Below the pieces are notes generated by a model. It had not been told where the DNA came from and searched no databases. It saw nothing but the letters and a program-made list of their open reading frames with translations. The translations under genes were made by a program, and so were the position numbers. A stretch of DNA of 64,000 nucleotides from an uncultured SAR86 cluster bacterium (lineage in GTDB: Bacteria > Pseudomonadota > Gammaproteobacteria > Magnimaribacterales > AG-339-G14). The number at the start of each line of letters is the position of its first letter. Within the stretch, counting starts at the first letter, position 1. Positions 47,685 to 58,181 of this stretch are shown piece after piece. The DNA lies in contig CACKZK010000005.1 of assembly GCA_902604535.1 (NCBI GenBank), forward strand, positions 11,020 through 75,019, read 5' to 3'.

Positions 47685-49454
47685 ATGTCCGTAAGAGCTA
47701 AAATTTTTCTCATCACTTTTAGTTTGCTGGCCTTAGCGACCGGGGGAGGAGGACTCTTTATTCAATATCAGTTAACCGGATATCTGAATGATGATGTCAA
47801 TTCAAATCTTGAAAATCATGCAAAAATTGCCCAAAAACTCTTTATCGATGCCGGATTGAACGTTACTAACGCTGATATTTTAGCTGATGATTTGGGAGAG
47901 GCTTCTGGCCTCAGAGTTACCATTATTTCTGAGGATGGAACTGTATACGGCGACTCTGACGTTTTGAAACTTGATCTTGATGCAGTTGAAAACCATTCGA
48001 ATAGACCTGAGATCGTGTTGGCAAAGAATAATGAAGCTGGACTATCGCAAAGATTTTCAAATACTCTTAATACCGATATGAGGTATTTAGCAGTAAGAAT
48101 TCCATTCAATGGAGAAAACGGTTTTGTGAGAATTGCTTCTCCATTGTCAGAAATTAATAGGGCTCTAGCTCAAGTACGGTACATAGTTTTACTGGCTGTT
48201 CTCGTTGGATTTATTTTTGCAATTTTTGTCAGTTACTTTTCCTCAAATATCATTCTTGGTTATCTGAAAGAATTTATTAGCGACGCTGAAGATTCAATTA
48301 ACGATGACTCAGGAAATCTCCGTTCTATTGATGGGCATGTAAGTGAACCTTACACTGTTGAGTCTGCCCAACAGGACTTAAAAAAAGACCTTCAAATTCT
48401 CGCTAAACAACGAAAACAATTTAGTTCCGTATTAGAAAAAATGGGTCAAGGGGTTTTACTTCTCAATAAGTCGAATGAAGTTTTGTTTTATAACAGAACA
48501 ATAAAAGATGATTTCTGGCCAGAGCTAGAGGTCGGCACTAAATTCTTTAACAATATCAGTTACCCGGCGCTTAAAAAGTTTTTAAAGAAAGCCTGGGAAA
48601 AAAATGAATTAGCAATAGAAATCAACGGCCCTAAATCAATCAACTCATCCTATTTAATATCTGCCAGAAGAGATAAAACTAAAGATGAAATGCTGGTTGT
48701 GTTTAACGATATCTCTAAGCTTCGACAGCTAGAAAAAATGAAAGAAGACTTCATAGGAAATGTATCCCATGAATTAAGGACTCCAATATCCGTTATAAGA
48801 GCAAATGCTGAAACTTTAATACACGGTAAATTCATTGATGATCCAAATGCAATTGGTTTCACTGAAGCAATTTTGACTCAATCGGAAAACATGACTGAGA
48901 CCGTATCTGAACTTTTGAAACTCAGCTCGATTGAAGCAGGAGAATATGACTTGAATATGGAAAATCATAGATTGAGTAATTTGATTAACCAAACAGTAAA
49001 AGCTCATCAGGACCAAGCCAGACTAAGAAATATTTCCTTAAACGTACAATTAGAAGAAGATATTGATATTGTTGTTGATGCCTCTGCATTTTCAATTATT
49101 TTTAGTAACTTCGTTACCAATGCTCTTAAACACTCACCATCAAATTCTGAAATTCTTATAAAAAATGATCTAGAAGACGACTTTTTGACTACTTTAAGCG
49201 TGATAGATCATGGGAAAGGCATTCCAAAAAAATACAGAGACAGAGTCTTTGAGAGATTTTTTAGAGTTGACAAGGGAAGGGCAAAGCATTCTGGAGGAAC
49301 AGGGCTTGGTCTAGCTATCTCAAAGCATTTAGCCAGATTAATGGGTTATGAAGTTGGCATGAAACCTAATAAACCTAACGGAAGTAGATTTTGGATTTCC
49401 GTAAATTATGCTTCTTTAGAGGAAGAAAAATCGTTAACTCCTGAATTAGCGTAA
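47685..49454 (+). CDS. phoR: Sensor histidine kinase PhoR (2 TM plus extracytoplasmic domain, PAS, HisKA, HATPase)
   Basis: ENHSNRPEI, NVSHELRTP, FERFFRVDK, GGTGLGLAI. Confidence 0.8.
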   Translation: MSVRAKIFLITFSLLALATGGGGLFIQYQLTGYLNDDVNSNLENHAKIAQKLFIDAGLNVTNADILADDLGEASGLRVTIISEDGTVYGDSDVLKLDLDAVENHSNRPEIVLAKNNEAGLSQRFSNTLNTDMRYLAVRIPFNGENGFVRIASPLSEINRALAQVRYIVLLAVLVGFIFAIFVSYFSSNIILGYLKEFISDAEDSINDDSGNLRSIDGHVSEPYTVESAQQDLKKDLQILAKQRKQFSSVLEKMGQGVLLLNKSNEVLFYNRTIKDDFWPELEVGTKFFNNISYPALKKFLKKAWEKNELAIEINGPKSINSSYLISARRDKTKDEMLVVFNDISKLRQLEKMKEDFIGNVSHELRTPISVIRANAETLIHGKFIDDPNAIGFTEAILTQSENMTETVSELLKLSSIEAGEYDLNMENHRLSNLINQTVKAHQDQARLRNISLNVQLEEDIDIVVDASAFSIIFSNFVTNALKHSPSNSEILIKNDLEDDFLTTLSVIDHGKGIPKKYRDRVFERFFRVDKGRAKHSGGTGLGLAISKHLARLMGYEVGMKPNKPNGSRFWISVNYASLEEEKSLTPELA

Positions 49455-50326
49455 TTTTCATTGATATATCTCTGAATAAGAGCGTCACAGATGCTCCACG
49501 GTGCAGCTCTGAGGCTAGCCTTGTCCAAAATATCCATAATCCTTAAGAAAATTTTTCCAGCTGATTCAATTATGTCTGCTCTATCCGATGAAAAGTTATA
49601 GTTCTCAATCTTTTCTTTTTTGCTTAATTTAACCAATGAAAGCAAACATGCATTCAATGATTTCCTAGATACTGAATTATTTATATCGTCATTAATAATG
49701 GAAATTAGGGATCTCACGTTACCCCCAACGCCAACAATATTCCTGATGTTGCCAAGAGAGGCTAAAAAAGCCTCTAGATCCTGCCACTCAGATAAATGAT
49801 CTTTTTCTAAATAAATTCTGACAGCCCCTAGGTTAAGTGACTTGAACATAACTTTTGAAGATTTTTTATAGAATAACTCCGTGCTGCCTCCTCCCACATC
49901 AACAAATAAATAACTACCATCCGTTGGGAATGAATTGGATAAATCATTTAAAAGTTGGGCTTCTTGATCGCCCGAAAGAAGATGAATGTTTAGGTTTAGT
50001 TTGGCATTGAGATACTGACAAACTTCACTCCCATTTGATGCTGATCGCATTGCAGAGGTAGCAAAACCTCCAATTAAGTTAATTTTCTTTGAATCCAAGT
50101 TAGAGACTAATTCATCCAAAGATTCAGTTAATTTATTAATGGTTTTTTTTCTAATTTTTCCCTTTCTGAAGGCATCGGTGCCTAATCGGATAGGAATTCT
50201 TTTGTAAGTCTCTAATTCTTTTGAATAACTTTGATTATCACCAGCAATGATTCTAAATTGCTTATACTTGATTGCATTTGAACCTATATCTATGCATCCA
50301 ATTTGATCTATTTTTTTAGGTTTCAT
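49406..50326 (-). CDS. ppx: Exopolyphosphatase Ppx/GppA (short form)
   Basis: IDIGSN, ATSAMR, GDQEA, DVGGGSTE; 306 aa. Confidence 0.85.
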   Translation of the reverse strand: MKPKKIDQIGCIDIGSNAIKYKQFRIIAGDNQSYSKELETYKRIPIRLGTDAFRKGKIRKKTINKLTESLDELVSNLDSKKINLIGGFATSAMRSASNGSEVCQYLNAKLNLNIHLLSGDQEAQLLNDLSNSFPTDGSYLFVDVGGGSTELFYKKSSKVMFKSLNLGAVRIYLEKDHLSEWQDLEAFLASLGNIRNIVGVGGNVRSLISIINDDINNSVSRKSLNACLLSLVKLSKKEKIENYNFSSDRADIIESAGKIFLRIMDILDKASLRAAPWSICDALIQRYINENYANSGVNDFSSSKEA

Positions 50327-51149
50327 CAGCGAATGAATTCAAAACCTTAAATTGATCGTAGGATAAGTTTTCAAAAAGCACACCATTGATTTTAAGATTA
50401 TAGATATTCATTCCCTTAGACCAGGCCTTTGGTTTTGGTATATTTTTTTCTGGGTAATCAAACTTTTCCAGGATATATCTAAGAGAGTTTAGTGCTGCAA
50501 CCATTTTCGTATTAGCGTTAATGATCACCCAAGGCGACTCTTCATGAGATGTGCTTGAAAACATTTGATCTTTGTAAAAAGTGAAAGCATCCCATCTGTC
50601 AGCAACCTTCAGATCATTCTCACTGAATTTCCAAAAAACCAGAGGGCTATTTCTTCTTTTTTCAAACCTTTTCTTTTGTATATTTTTTTCAACCGAAAGA
50701 TATATCTTCACAATTTCTGTTCCTTTGTCTAAAAGATCCTTCTCCCATGGAATTACTTTTTTCATAAAATTCTTATACTGTCTTTGTGAGCAGTAATTCA
50801 TGGTTATCTCTGTGAGAGCTCTCGTGTACCAAGATCTATCAAAAAAAACTATTTCACCGGTTTCAGGCATATGTTTCTCATATCTTGGGAACCAATGGGT
50901 TGATTCCCATTTCGTAGGTATGCCTAGTTTTACAAGCTTTACGTGTTCTGGAATCAGATACTTGCTTAAAACAGAGATGCTTCCAGTTTTACCTGCCGTA
51001 TCTCTTCCTTCAAAGACTATTGCTATTTTCTTTTTTTCTTCAATAATCCATTTTTGTAACTTGAGAAACTCTGCTTGCAGTCTCCTCAATTCTCTTCGGT
51101 AAAGATCTGGATTGATTTGAGAATATTCTGCAATATCGTATTCAAACAT
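50316..51149 (-). CDS. ppk2: Polyphosphate kinase 2
   Basis: FEGRDTAGK Walker A, FDRSWY. Confidence 0.92.
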   Translation of the reverse strand: MFEYDIAEYSQINPDLYRRELRRLQAEFLKLQKWIIEEKKKIAIVFEGRDTAGKTGSISVLSKYLIPEHVKLVKLGIPTKWESTHWFPRYEKHMPETGEIVFFDRSWYTRALTEITMNYCSQRQYKNFMKKVIPWEKDLLDKGTEIVKIYLSVEKNIQKKRFEKRRNSPLVFWKFSENDLKVADRWDAFTFYKDQMFSSTSHEESPWVIINANTKMVAALNSLRYILEKFDYPEKNIPKPKAWSKGMNIYNLKINGVLFENLSYDQFKVLNSFADET

Positions 51150-51263
51150 TTTTCTATTTTTGAACTATTTAAAGAAGATTGTGTGAAATTTTATTAAATC
51201 ATCTTAAAAAGTTTAACTAAAGTCTTTATTTCGTATATTGTGTTTGCTTAATTCATAAATTCA

Positions 51264-52514
51264 ATGGCATTCGTTGGAATAGAAACAGAAATTATTATCT
51301 TGGCCTGTGTTTTTGGCTTCATTATGGCATGGGGAATTGGAGCGAATGACGTTGCAAATGCTTTTGGCACATCGGTTGGATCAGGAGCCATTTCTTTAAA
51401 AACCGCACTGTTGATTGCATGCATTTTTGAATTTGCAGGCGCTTTTCTAGCTGGCGGAGAAGTCACCGATACCATAAGAAAAGGAATTATTGACTCTGAT
51501 CAATTTACCAGTAATTCAGATGTTTTAGTTTTTGGAATGATGTCCGCACTTTTATCGGCGGGAATTTGGTTATTCGTAGCATCGGCATTAGGTTGGCCGG
51601 TATCAACCACTCACTCAATCATTGGAGCCATTATTGGATTCACCATTGTTGGCCTTTCATTTGATGCAGTTAACTGGCAAAGAGTTTCAGAAATTGGCAC
51701 TACCTGGATTTTATCTCCTGTTTTCTCAGCGTTGGTTGCTTTTGTTTTATTCAAAAGTATAAGGTTTCTTATTCTTGACAGCAGAGACCCCTTTTCGAAC
51801 ACCATGAAATTTAGTCCTATTTATCTATTTTTTATGGGCTTTGTAATTGCAATGCTCACATTCACAAAAGGATTAAAGCACGTTGGTTTAGATTTTACTT
51901 TTTATGAAGCCATTATTTACTCAAGTTTGGTCGGTCTTGTAATTGTTTTTGCCGGTATTTTACTTTTAAGATCAAATAAGCCGGGTAAAGATGAAAACAT
52001 GAGCATCGAATCTTTTTTTGGCATGCTGGTAATTTTTACTGCTTGTTCTATCGCATTTGCGCACGGTTCTAACGATGTTGCGAACGCCGTTGGCCCTTTG
52101 GCTGCTGTTATAAATACTGTTTCCTATAACAGCTCGGTTGATTCCCAAACAGCGGTCACCACAGGAGTATTGTTACTTGGGTCTGTTGGGATAGTGATAG
52201 GCTTAATTACTTTTGGTTACAGAGTGATTGGAACGGTAGGCAAAGGAATAACAAAAATTACGCCCTCATCAGCTTTTGCTGCAAATTTAGCAACGGCTTT
52301 TGTTGTAATTTTAAGTTCAGGCTACGGTTTTCCAGTTTCGACAACACATACATTGATCGGAGCTGTCATAGGAGTGGGTTTAGTTAATTCATCGAAAAGT
52401 TTATCTTGGGGAAAAGTTGGTCAAATTTTTTCAGGTTGGATCATTACTATACCCATTGGAGCAATTCTCTCCATACTCATTTTTTTAGTCTTTAAAGCTA
52501 TTTATTCTTTTTAG
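51264..52514 (+). CDS. pit: Inorganic phosphate transporter, PiT family
   Basis: GANDVANA, PVSTTH (twice), HGSNDVANA. Confidence 0.93.
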   Translation: MAFVGIETEIIILACVFGFIMAWGIGANDVANAFGTSVGSGAISLKTALLIACIFEFAGAFLAGGEVTDTIRKGIIDSDQFTSNSDVLVFGMMSALLSAGIWLFVASALGWPVSTTHSIIGAIIGFTIVGLSFDAVNWQRVSEIGTTWILSPVFSALVAFVLFKSIRFLILDSRDPFSNTMKFSPIYLFFMGFVIAMLTFTKGLKHVGLDFTFYEAIIYSSLVGLVIVFAGILLLRSNKPGKDENMSIESFFGMLVIFTACSIAFAHGSNDVANAVGPLAAVINTVSYNSSVDSQTAVTTGVLLLGSVGIVIGLITFGYRVIGTVGKGITKITPSSAFAANLATAFVVILSSGYGFPVSTTHTLIGAVIGVGLVNSSKSLSWGKVGQIFSGWIITIPIGAILSILIFLVFKAIYSF

Positions 52515-53242
52515 CCCAAAGGACTTATTCCTAGAGCGCCAATAGCCATAATTGTGGCAAATGGTACTTTTTTTTCTTTATTCAGAAGAATAAATCTTAA
52601 ACCAAATATCAAGAGGCCTAAGACGGAAGATAAGAAAAGAATTAAAGAAAACGAAAAAGGCTCAAAAAATAAACCTAAGCAAAATATGACAAATACATCG
52701 CCTAACCCAAATGTTTCCTCTTTTTTGATGTGATCTAAGATTAACTTCATACCGAAGATAATGCCTGTTATTACAGAAGCGAAAATGACATTGATAAGAT
52801 ACCCATGCATAACTACGAATGAACAACTAACAAACAGTAGAAATAATAAATAGATTTTTGGTACCAAAAAATATTCAAAATCATACAAAGCTATAGCAAA
52901 AATAAAAGAAAAGAAAAGAACATTAAAAGCTAAATCAAATGTATTAAAACAATTAAAGCTTAAAAAAAGAAACACAAACCCAAAAATAATTTCTGCAGTT
53001 AAGTTTTGCGCTTCGATCTTCTTGTCACAGAATCTGCATCTGCCTTTTAAGTATAAAAAACTGAGAATAGGAATTAGATCAATAACGGAGAGTTGATGTC
53101 CGCACTTATCGCAATTTGATCTAAGAGACCGAACATTAAGCTGACTCTCAGTTAAAGAATCTTGACTAGCCATCCTAGAGTTTAAGGATTGAAAAAAACT
53201 CCCAAGAATAGAGCCGAAATAAAAAAATAAAATTAGATTCAT
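52511..53242 (-). CDS. gspO: Prepilin peptidase (GspO/PilD, peptidase A24)
   Basis: CxxC pairs (CDKC, CRFC), LIPILSF, GLGD, VPF. Confidence 0.85.
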   Translation of the reverse strand: MNLILFFYFGSILGSFFQSLNSRMASQDSLTESQLNVRSLRSNCDKCGHQLSVIDLIPILSFLYLKGRCRFCDKKIEAQNLTAEIIFGFVFLFLSFNCFNTFDLAFNVLFFSFIFAIALYDFEYFLVPKIYLLFLLFVSCSFVVMHGYLINVIFASVITGIIFGMKLILDHIKKEETFGLGDVFVIFCLGLFFEPFSFSLILFLSSVLGLLIFGLRFILLNKEKKVPFATIMAIGALGISPLG

Positions 53243-53299
53243 GTACTGTATGAGTTTATTTTCATCTATTTAGCATTTAAAAGGTCAAAATTTCCATAC

Positions 53300-53317
53300 C
53301 TGACACATTCTTGTAAC
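53300..53317 (+). promoter_or_regulatory. Putative Pho box
   Basis: CTGACAC-ATTC-TTGTAAC versus CTGTCAT-N4-CTGTCAY, 62 nt upstream of the lipoprotein start. Confidence 0.6.
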
Positions 53318-53379
53318 CCCAAACACCATCTTTTATCTTTTTTGCCATATGCATTTTTTATAATTTTTTTATTTTTATT

Positions 53380-54807
53380 ATGAATTTAAAATCACTTTCT
53401 AAAAACTTATTTAATTTATCAATTATCGGTCTAGTTTTAAGTTGCAGCAATGGAGATAATGATGAATCCCCAAATCCACTGACTGCTAGCCAAAGCACAT
53501 CTGATTCTAGTTCTTGTCCGAATATTTCTAATTCAGATGGGCAAATAGTTTTATCTGGAGAAGACAGTAACAATGAATTAACTTGTATCTATTCCGGTAC
53601 TTATAACGATAGCTTCACTATGCAAAATAATGCCACTCATATTTTGAGCGGTCCCGTAAAAATTGGTGATGATACATCAACTCCTATTCTGACTATTCAA
53701 GAAGGCACCACTATAAGAGGAGAATCTGGAAAAGATTCTTTAAATATTCTTCGAGGCGCAAAAATTGTAGCAAGAGGTTCGAAGACTAAACCTATTATCA
53801 TGACTTCTGCTTCAGATGATGGAACTTTAGCTGCTGATGCTCAGGCTCAATGGGGTGGTTTGCAGATAATGGGTAAAGCGACTCAAAACTGTACCGATGC
53901 AGAAAAAAATTCAGAAGGTATCTGTGAGAGGTCCGTAGAAGGATTTGATGCCGGAGATGTTAAGTACGGTGGTGACGATGATAATGATGACTCTGGCGCA
54001 TTATCTTTCGTGGTAATTAAATATGCAGGATATGCATTCACATCTGAAAACGAACTAAATGGCTTGGCTCTGTATACGGTAGGAGATGGGACAGAAATAA
54101 ATCATATCAGGGTCCACAACAGTAAAGACGATGGAATAGAAATTTTTGGTGGAACAGTTAATCTTAAATATATTTATTTAACAGGTGTTCAGGATGATTC
54201 TTTTGATTACACAAATGGATGGAGAGGAAAGGCGCAGTGGATCATAATAGATCAAAATACCCCAGACCCTGTTACAGCATCAAACAATAGGCCTGATAAT
54301 GCAATGGAATTTGATAACAACGGCAAGGCAAATGATGCTTCTCCTAGATCTAATCCAATAATTTCCAACTTTTTAATTATAGGGAATACCGAAAAACACG
54401 GAGAATTAATTCACTTAAGAGCTGGAACTCAAGCAACACTTTTAAACGGGATAATTATCGATGAATCTAATCAAGGTCCATGCATAGAAATTGATGATTC
54501 ATCTACCTTTGCATCCGCTGGATCGATTAATTCGTCAACTCTTTCTGCGAAATCTATTCTTATGGATTGCGGAGATAAAAAATTTAGCGGTGAAGACGGA
54601 TCAGATTTATTTAGCACAAGTGCTTGGGCTTCAGAGCAAGGAGTAGTTGAAAGCAAAAATACCCTAAATGGTTATAAAAATGGAGCTAATGAAGCTTCAA
54701 TGGAAGTTAATACAAATCTTTTAGATTCTTTCTTTGGTGTTCCATCAGAAATTGGAGCAGTTCCAAGCGACGGAACTGATTGGACTGAGGGATGGTCAGA
54801 TATTTAA
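53380..54807 (+). CDS. Acidic beta-helix-like surface lipoprotein (ElpS-like candidate)
   Basis: LVLSC lipobox, Ser-rich linker, WGGL, YGG, ELNGL, DDGIEIFGG, DDSFD motifs, WTEGW C-terminus. Confidence 0.7.
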   Translation: MNLKSLSKNLFNLSIIGLVLSCSNGDNDESPNPLTASQSTSDSSSCPNISNSDGQIVLSGEDSNNELTCIYSGTYNDSFTMQNNATHILSGPVKIGDDTSTPILTIQEGTTIRGESGKDSLNILRGAKIVARGSKTKPIIMTSASDDGTLAADAQAQWGGLQIMGKATQNCTDAEKNSEGICERSVEGFDAGDVKYGGDDDNDDSGALSFVVIKYAGYAFTSENELNGLALYTVGDGTEINHIRVHNSKDDGIEIFGGTVNLKYIYLTGVQDDSFDYTNGWRGKAQWIIIDQNTPDPVTASNNRPDNAMEFDNNGKANDASPRSNPIISNFLIIGNTEKHGELIHLRAGTQATLLNGIIIDESNQGPCIEIDDSSTFASAGSINSSTLSAKSILMDCGDKKFSGEDGSDLFSTSAWASEQGVVESKNTLNGYKNGANEASMEVNTNLLDSFFGVPSEIGAVPSDGTDWTEGWSDI

Positions 54808-54817
54808 TTTAACTTTT

Positions 54818-57319
54818 ATGAAAAAAGTATCAATAATATTTATTTCAGTTTTCATTTCATCTTTTATCTCTTCTCAGGGAAATAGTGATTTAGAGGAATT
54901 AGTAGTATCAGGAATCTTCATTCCAGATGAAAAAAGATCGACATCAGAAATTTCAAACCTAATAAGCTCCTCAGAAATGTCAGAAGCCGGAGATAGCAAT
55001 ATAGCGGATGCATTAAAGAGAGTTACTGGACTTAGTCTTGTTAAAGGAAAATATGTTTACGTGAGAGGATTAGGAGATAGATATTCATCTGCACTTTTAG
55101 ACGGTTCATCGATCGCTTCTCCTGAACCTCTCAGTAGGGTAGTTCCTTTAGATCTTTTTCCAACAAACGTTCTAGAAAGTGTATTGGTACAAAAAACATA
55201 TTCACCTGAGTTCCCTGGAAATTTTGGAGGAGGAATTGTAAATCTCAGAACCATTGCCGTACCAGAAGAGGAATTTTTAGATTTTTCCTTTTCCTTAGGT
55301 GGAGATAATCTAACCACCAGTAAAAGTTTCCTCTCCTCACCTAGTTATGATTCTGATGTCTATGGATTCGGTTCGACAGAGAGGGCATTACCAAAAGAAT
55401 ATCTTTCTGCTGTATCTGCTGGAAAAATTATTCGAAGAAACAATAGCTTTTTTTCCGGCGGATTAAATCCATCAGAACTCCAGATGATTGGTTCGGAATT
55501 GGCTTCTAATATGCCTAAAAAATTAAAATTATCCTCTTTGGATCCTAATATATCTTTATCGCTTTCTACTGGAAATTCGTTTGAGATAAATGATTCTGAT
55601 ATGGGAATTATTTTTGCACTGAACTATTCGAATGAATGGGATTCTCAAGAAAAGAAAAGAAATTCGAATTCTTGGCAACCAGAGGCTTCAAATCCTGATG
55701 ACATTCTTGTTGTTGTCGATAAAGAGGAATTTACTAACTCTACTAATACAATCAATCTATCCTCTATTTTTGGTTTAGGCTTTGAGATAGACGATGATCA
55801 TACAATTAAATTAACCAGTTTTTTAACTAGAAAATCTTCAGATACAGTCTCATTTATTTACAGCGATCTAGCATTATCTAATTTCCCAATGGAAAGAACT
55901 TATGTTGAATGGGTTGAAAGACAAGTCTGGACAAATCAAGCTTCTGGAGAACATTTTTGGGGAGATTTGCAATTGAATTGGAGAACATCATATGCTGAAA
56001 GTACTAGAGAATCTCCAAATAATTTAGATACTCAATACGAAGTGTATGAGGACGGTACAAGATATTTTGGAAATAGGAACGATAAATTCAGATTGAAATT
56101 TTTTGATTTACAGGATTCTGTAGTTGATCTTGGTGCAGATTTTAAATATTTCATTGTTGCTGGCGATGTTTCAATGGATTTCAAAATTGGTGCTTCATAT
56201 TATTTTAAAGATAGAGATAATCAGATTTCAAATTTTGAATTTGATCCTTCTCCAACAGCAACGATTGATTTTAATGAATCTTTTTTAACTCTTCCTTTGA
56301 ATCAATTATTTGCAGATGAAAATATCAGCCCAGATGCTTGGGAGATAAACGAGATTGCTGGGGCTGCAGATTACTACGGAGCCGACTCTGAAATTTTTGC
56401 CTTTTATAGTGGCATTGATGGTCAATTTACAGATTCTCTTAGAATATCTTTTGGTTTTAGATACGAAGATTCAGACATCAACGTAAAAAACTTCAATAAA
56501 TACTCAAAAATTCAAAATGATAGAAGCGATCTTGCGCTTCAAAAAGTTTTGCCTTCTGTGACTCTTACTCAAACGTTAGATAACAATATGCAAATCCGTT
56601 TTGCTTTAAGCGAGACAGTTGTTAGGCCTAATTTTAGAGAATTAGCTCAGTCTGTTTTCTTCAATCCAGCTACTAATAGATCTTTCGTGGGAAACCCCGA
56701 CTTAAAAATTACCGAAATTACCAATTTAGATTTTAGATACGAATGGTATTTCGGCAACGGCGGACAATATTTTTCTGCAGGATTATTTGCTAAGGATTTA
56801 AAAAATCCTATTGAACAGGGAATTCAACCGGGAACTTTCTACAGAGAGTTTCTTAATGTTGATGAAGGGCAAATGCTTGGAACGGAATTTGAAGTTTATT
56901 ATGATTTTTTTCCTTATTTCATTAGAAGTAATTTAACTTTCATGAATTCTGAGGTAGATACGACATCACAATTTGTTCAAGCAAAACGAAGCTTGCAAGG
57001 ACAATCAGATTTTCTGGGTAATTTTACTTTTGGCTACGAAACGGGCGATCATAAAGTGGTACTTGCCTATAACTATACGGGAGAGAGAATTTCTGAATTA
57101 GCTCCGATCAAAGGTGCCCCGGCTTATTATGAACAGGGTGCCGGCATATTAGATCTCAATTACACAGCCTTCATTAGCTCCGGTGACAACGATTTAGAAA
57201 TTGGCTTTAGTATTGGTAATCTGACTGGAGAGAACTATCAAGTGTATCAACTGGATGAATTGGTTGAAGTATATGATTATCCAATTACTTATTCTTTCTC
57301 AATTAAAGCTGTTTTTTAA
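54818..57319 (+). CDS. TonB-dependent receptor (start 54818 preferred)
   Basis: Signal peptide, EELVVSG, ALKRVTGLS, YVRGLGDRY, PLDLFP, C-terminal F. Confidence 0.9.
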   Translation: MKKVSIIFISVFISSFISSQGNSDLEELVVSGIFIPDEKRSTSEISNLISSSEMSEAGDSNIADALKRVTGLSLVKGKYVYVRGLGDRYSSALLDGSSIASPEPLSRVVPLDLFPTNVLESVLVQKTYSPEFPGNFGGGIVNLRTIAVPEEEFLDFSFSLGGDNLTTSKSFLSSPSYDSDVYGFGSTERALPKEYLSAVSAGKIIRRNNSFFSGGLNPSELQMIGSELASNMPKKLKLSSLDPNISLSLSTGNSFEINDSDMGIIFALNYSNEWDSQEKKRNSNSWQPEASNPDDILVVVDKEEFTNSTNTINLSSIFGLGFEIDDDHTIKLTSFLTRKSSDTVSFIYSDLALSNFPMERTYVEWVERQVWTNQASGEHFWGDLQLNWRTSYAESTRESPNNLDTQYEVYEDGTRYFGNRNDKFRLKFFDLQDSVVDLGADFKYFIVAGDVSMDFKIGASYYFKDRDNQISNFEFDPSPTATIDFNESFLTLPLNQLFADENISPDAWEINEIAGAADYYGADSEIFAFYSGIDGQFTDSLRISFGFRYEDSDINVKNFNKYSKIQNDRSDLALQKVLPSVTLTQTLDNNMQIRFALSETVVRPNFRELAQSVFFNPATNRSFVGNPDLKITEITNLDFRYEWYFGNGGQYFSAGLFAKDLKNPIEQGIQPGTFYREFLNVDEGQMLGTEFEVYYDFFPYFIRSNLTFMNSEVDTTSQFVQAKRSLQGQSDFLGNFTFGYETGDHKVVLAYNYTGERISELAPIKGAPAYYEQGAGILDLNYTAFISSGDNDLEIGFSIGNLTGENYQVYQLDELVEVYDYPITYSFSIKAVF

Positions 57320-57359
57320 AAATTTCTTAGTTTTGAGGTAAAGATATATAATCAAACCT

Positions 57360-58178
57360 ATGATTTTTGGCATTAAGCTCGATTTTCAGAGCTATTTCAA
57401 TTACGCAACGGAATTTGCTCTTAAATTCCGTCTAGTTTTTGCTTCTATTTTTGCCATTTTTATCTCTGTTCAACTTTATTCTTCTGTAAACAGCATATTG
57501 TTTCCAGACATAGATTTTAAAGCTTCTACTGTCGTAAATACTTCTCAACAATACGTTGCGCTAAATTCGGACCCTTTTTCTTCAGCTAAGGCCAGCGCTA
57601 TCAATCAATCCATAGCCAATTCTTCTGAAATTAATAAAAAAGGCCCTGAAACTGACCTGAATATAAAATTGTATGGAATTGTAAAATCTAAAGAAGAAAA
57701 TGTTGCCATCATTGGTCTTCCAAATGAAAAACAGAGGAGCTATAAAATTGGAGATAAAATTTCAGGTAATCTTGTTGTGGAGTCAATAGATGACGCGTTT
57801 GTTAATCTGAGAAGAAACGGGAAACTTGAAAGCTTATCTTTTGCCGAAGTTATTAAAAATAAAGGTTTTAAACAATCCATAGATCCATCCACAGTGGCAT
57901 CAAAAGATTGGTTAGAAAATCTTGAAATCAAAGAGCTTATTTCATTCAATCCCGTCATTAGAGATGGGGAAGTTTTAGGAATAAGAGTAAATCCGGTGAA
58001 ATCTTCACCATTTTTTCAAGATGATAATTTAGAACCTGGAGACATCCTTACATCCTTCAACGGTCAAAAGGTAACGACACTTGATCTAGAACGAGAACTT
58101 AACCAAAAAGTTAGAAATATAGAGGTTGGTGTTATCAGAGACGGTAGCCCAATTACCCTTACAATTAACCTAAATTAA
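57360..58178 (+). CDS. gspC: Type II secretion protein C
   Basis: N-terminal TM, HR domain (LYGI..AII), C-terminal PDZ; upstream of gspD. Confidence 0.8.
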   Translation: MIFGIKLDFQSYFNYATEFALKFRLVFASIFAIFISVQLYSSVNSILFPDIDFKASTVVNTSQQYVALNSDPFSSAKASAINQSIANSSEINKKGPETDLNIKLYGIVKSKEENVAIIGLPNEKQRSYKIGDKISGNLVVESIDDAFVNLRRNGKLESLSFAEVIKNKGFKQSIDPSTVASKDWLENLEIKELISFNPVIRDGEVLGIRVNPVKSSPFFQDDNLEPGDILTSFNGQKVTTLDLERELNQKVRNIEVGVIRDGSPITLTINLN

Positions 58179-58181
58179 AAT

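Noticed and set aside
51170-51200. Possible Pho box upstream of ppk2 (minus strand TTTAATA-AAAT-TTCACAC)
   Set aside because: Too degenerate in an AT-rich spacer to support
54734-54817. N-terminal extension of the TonB receptor in the ORF track
   Set aside because: Overlaps the lipoprotein gene; the signal peptide starts at ATG 54818
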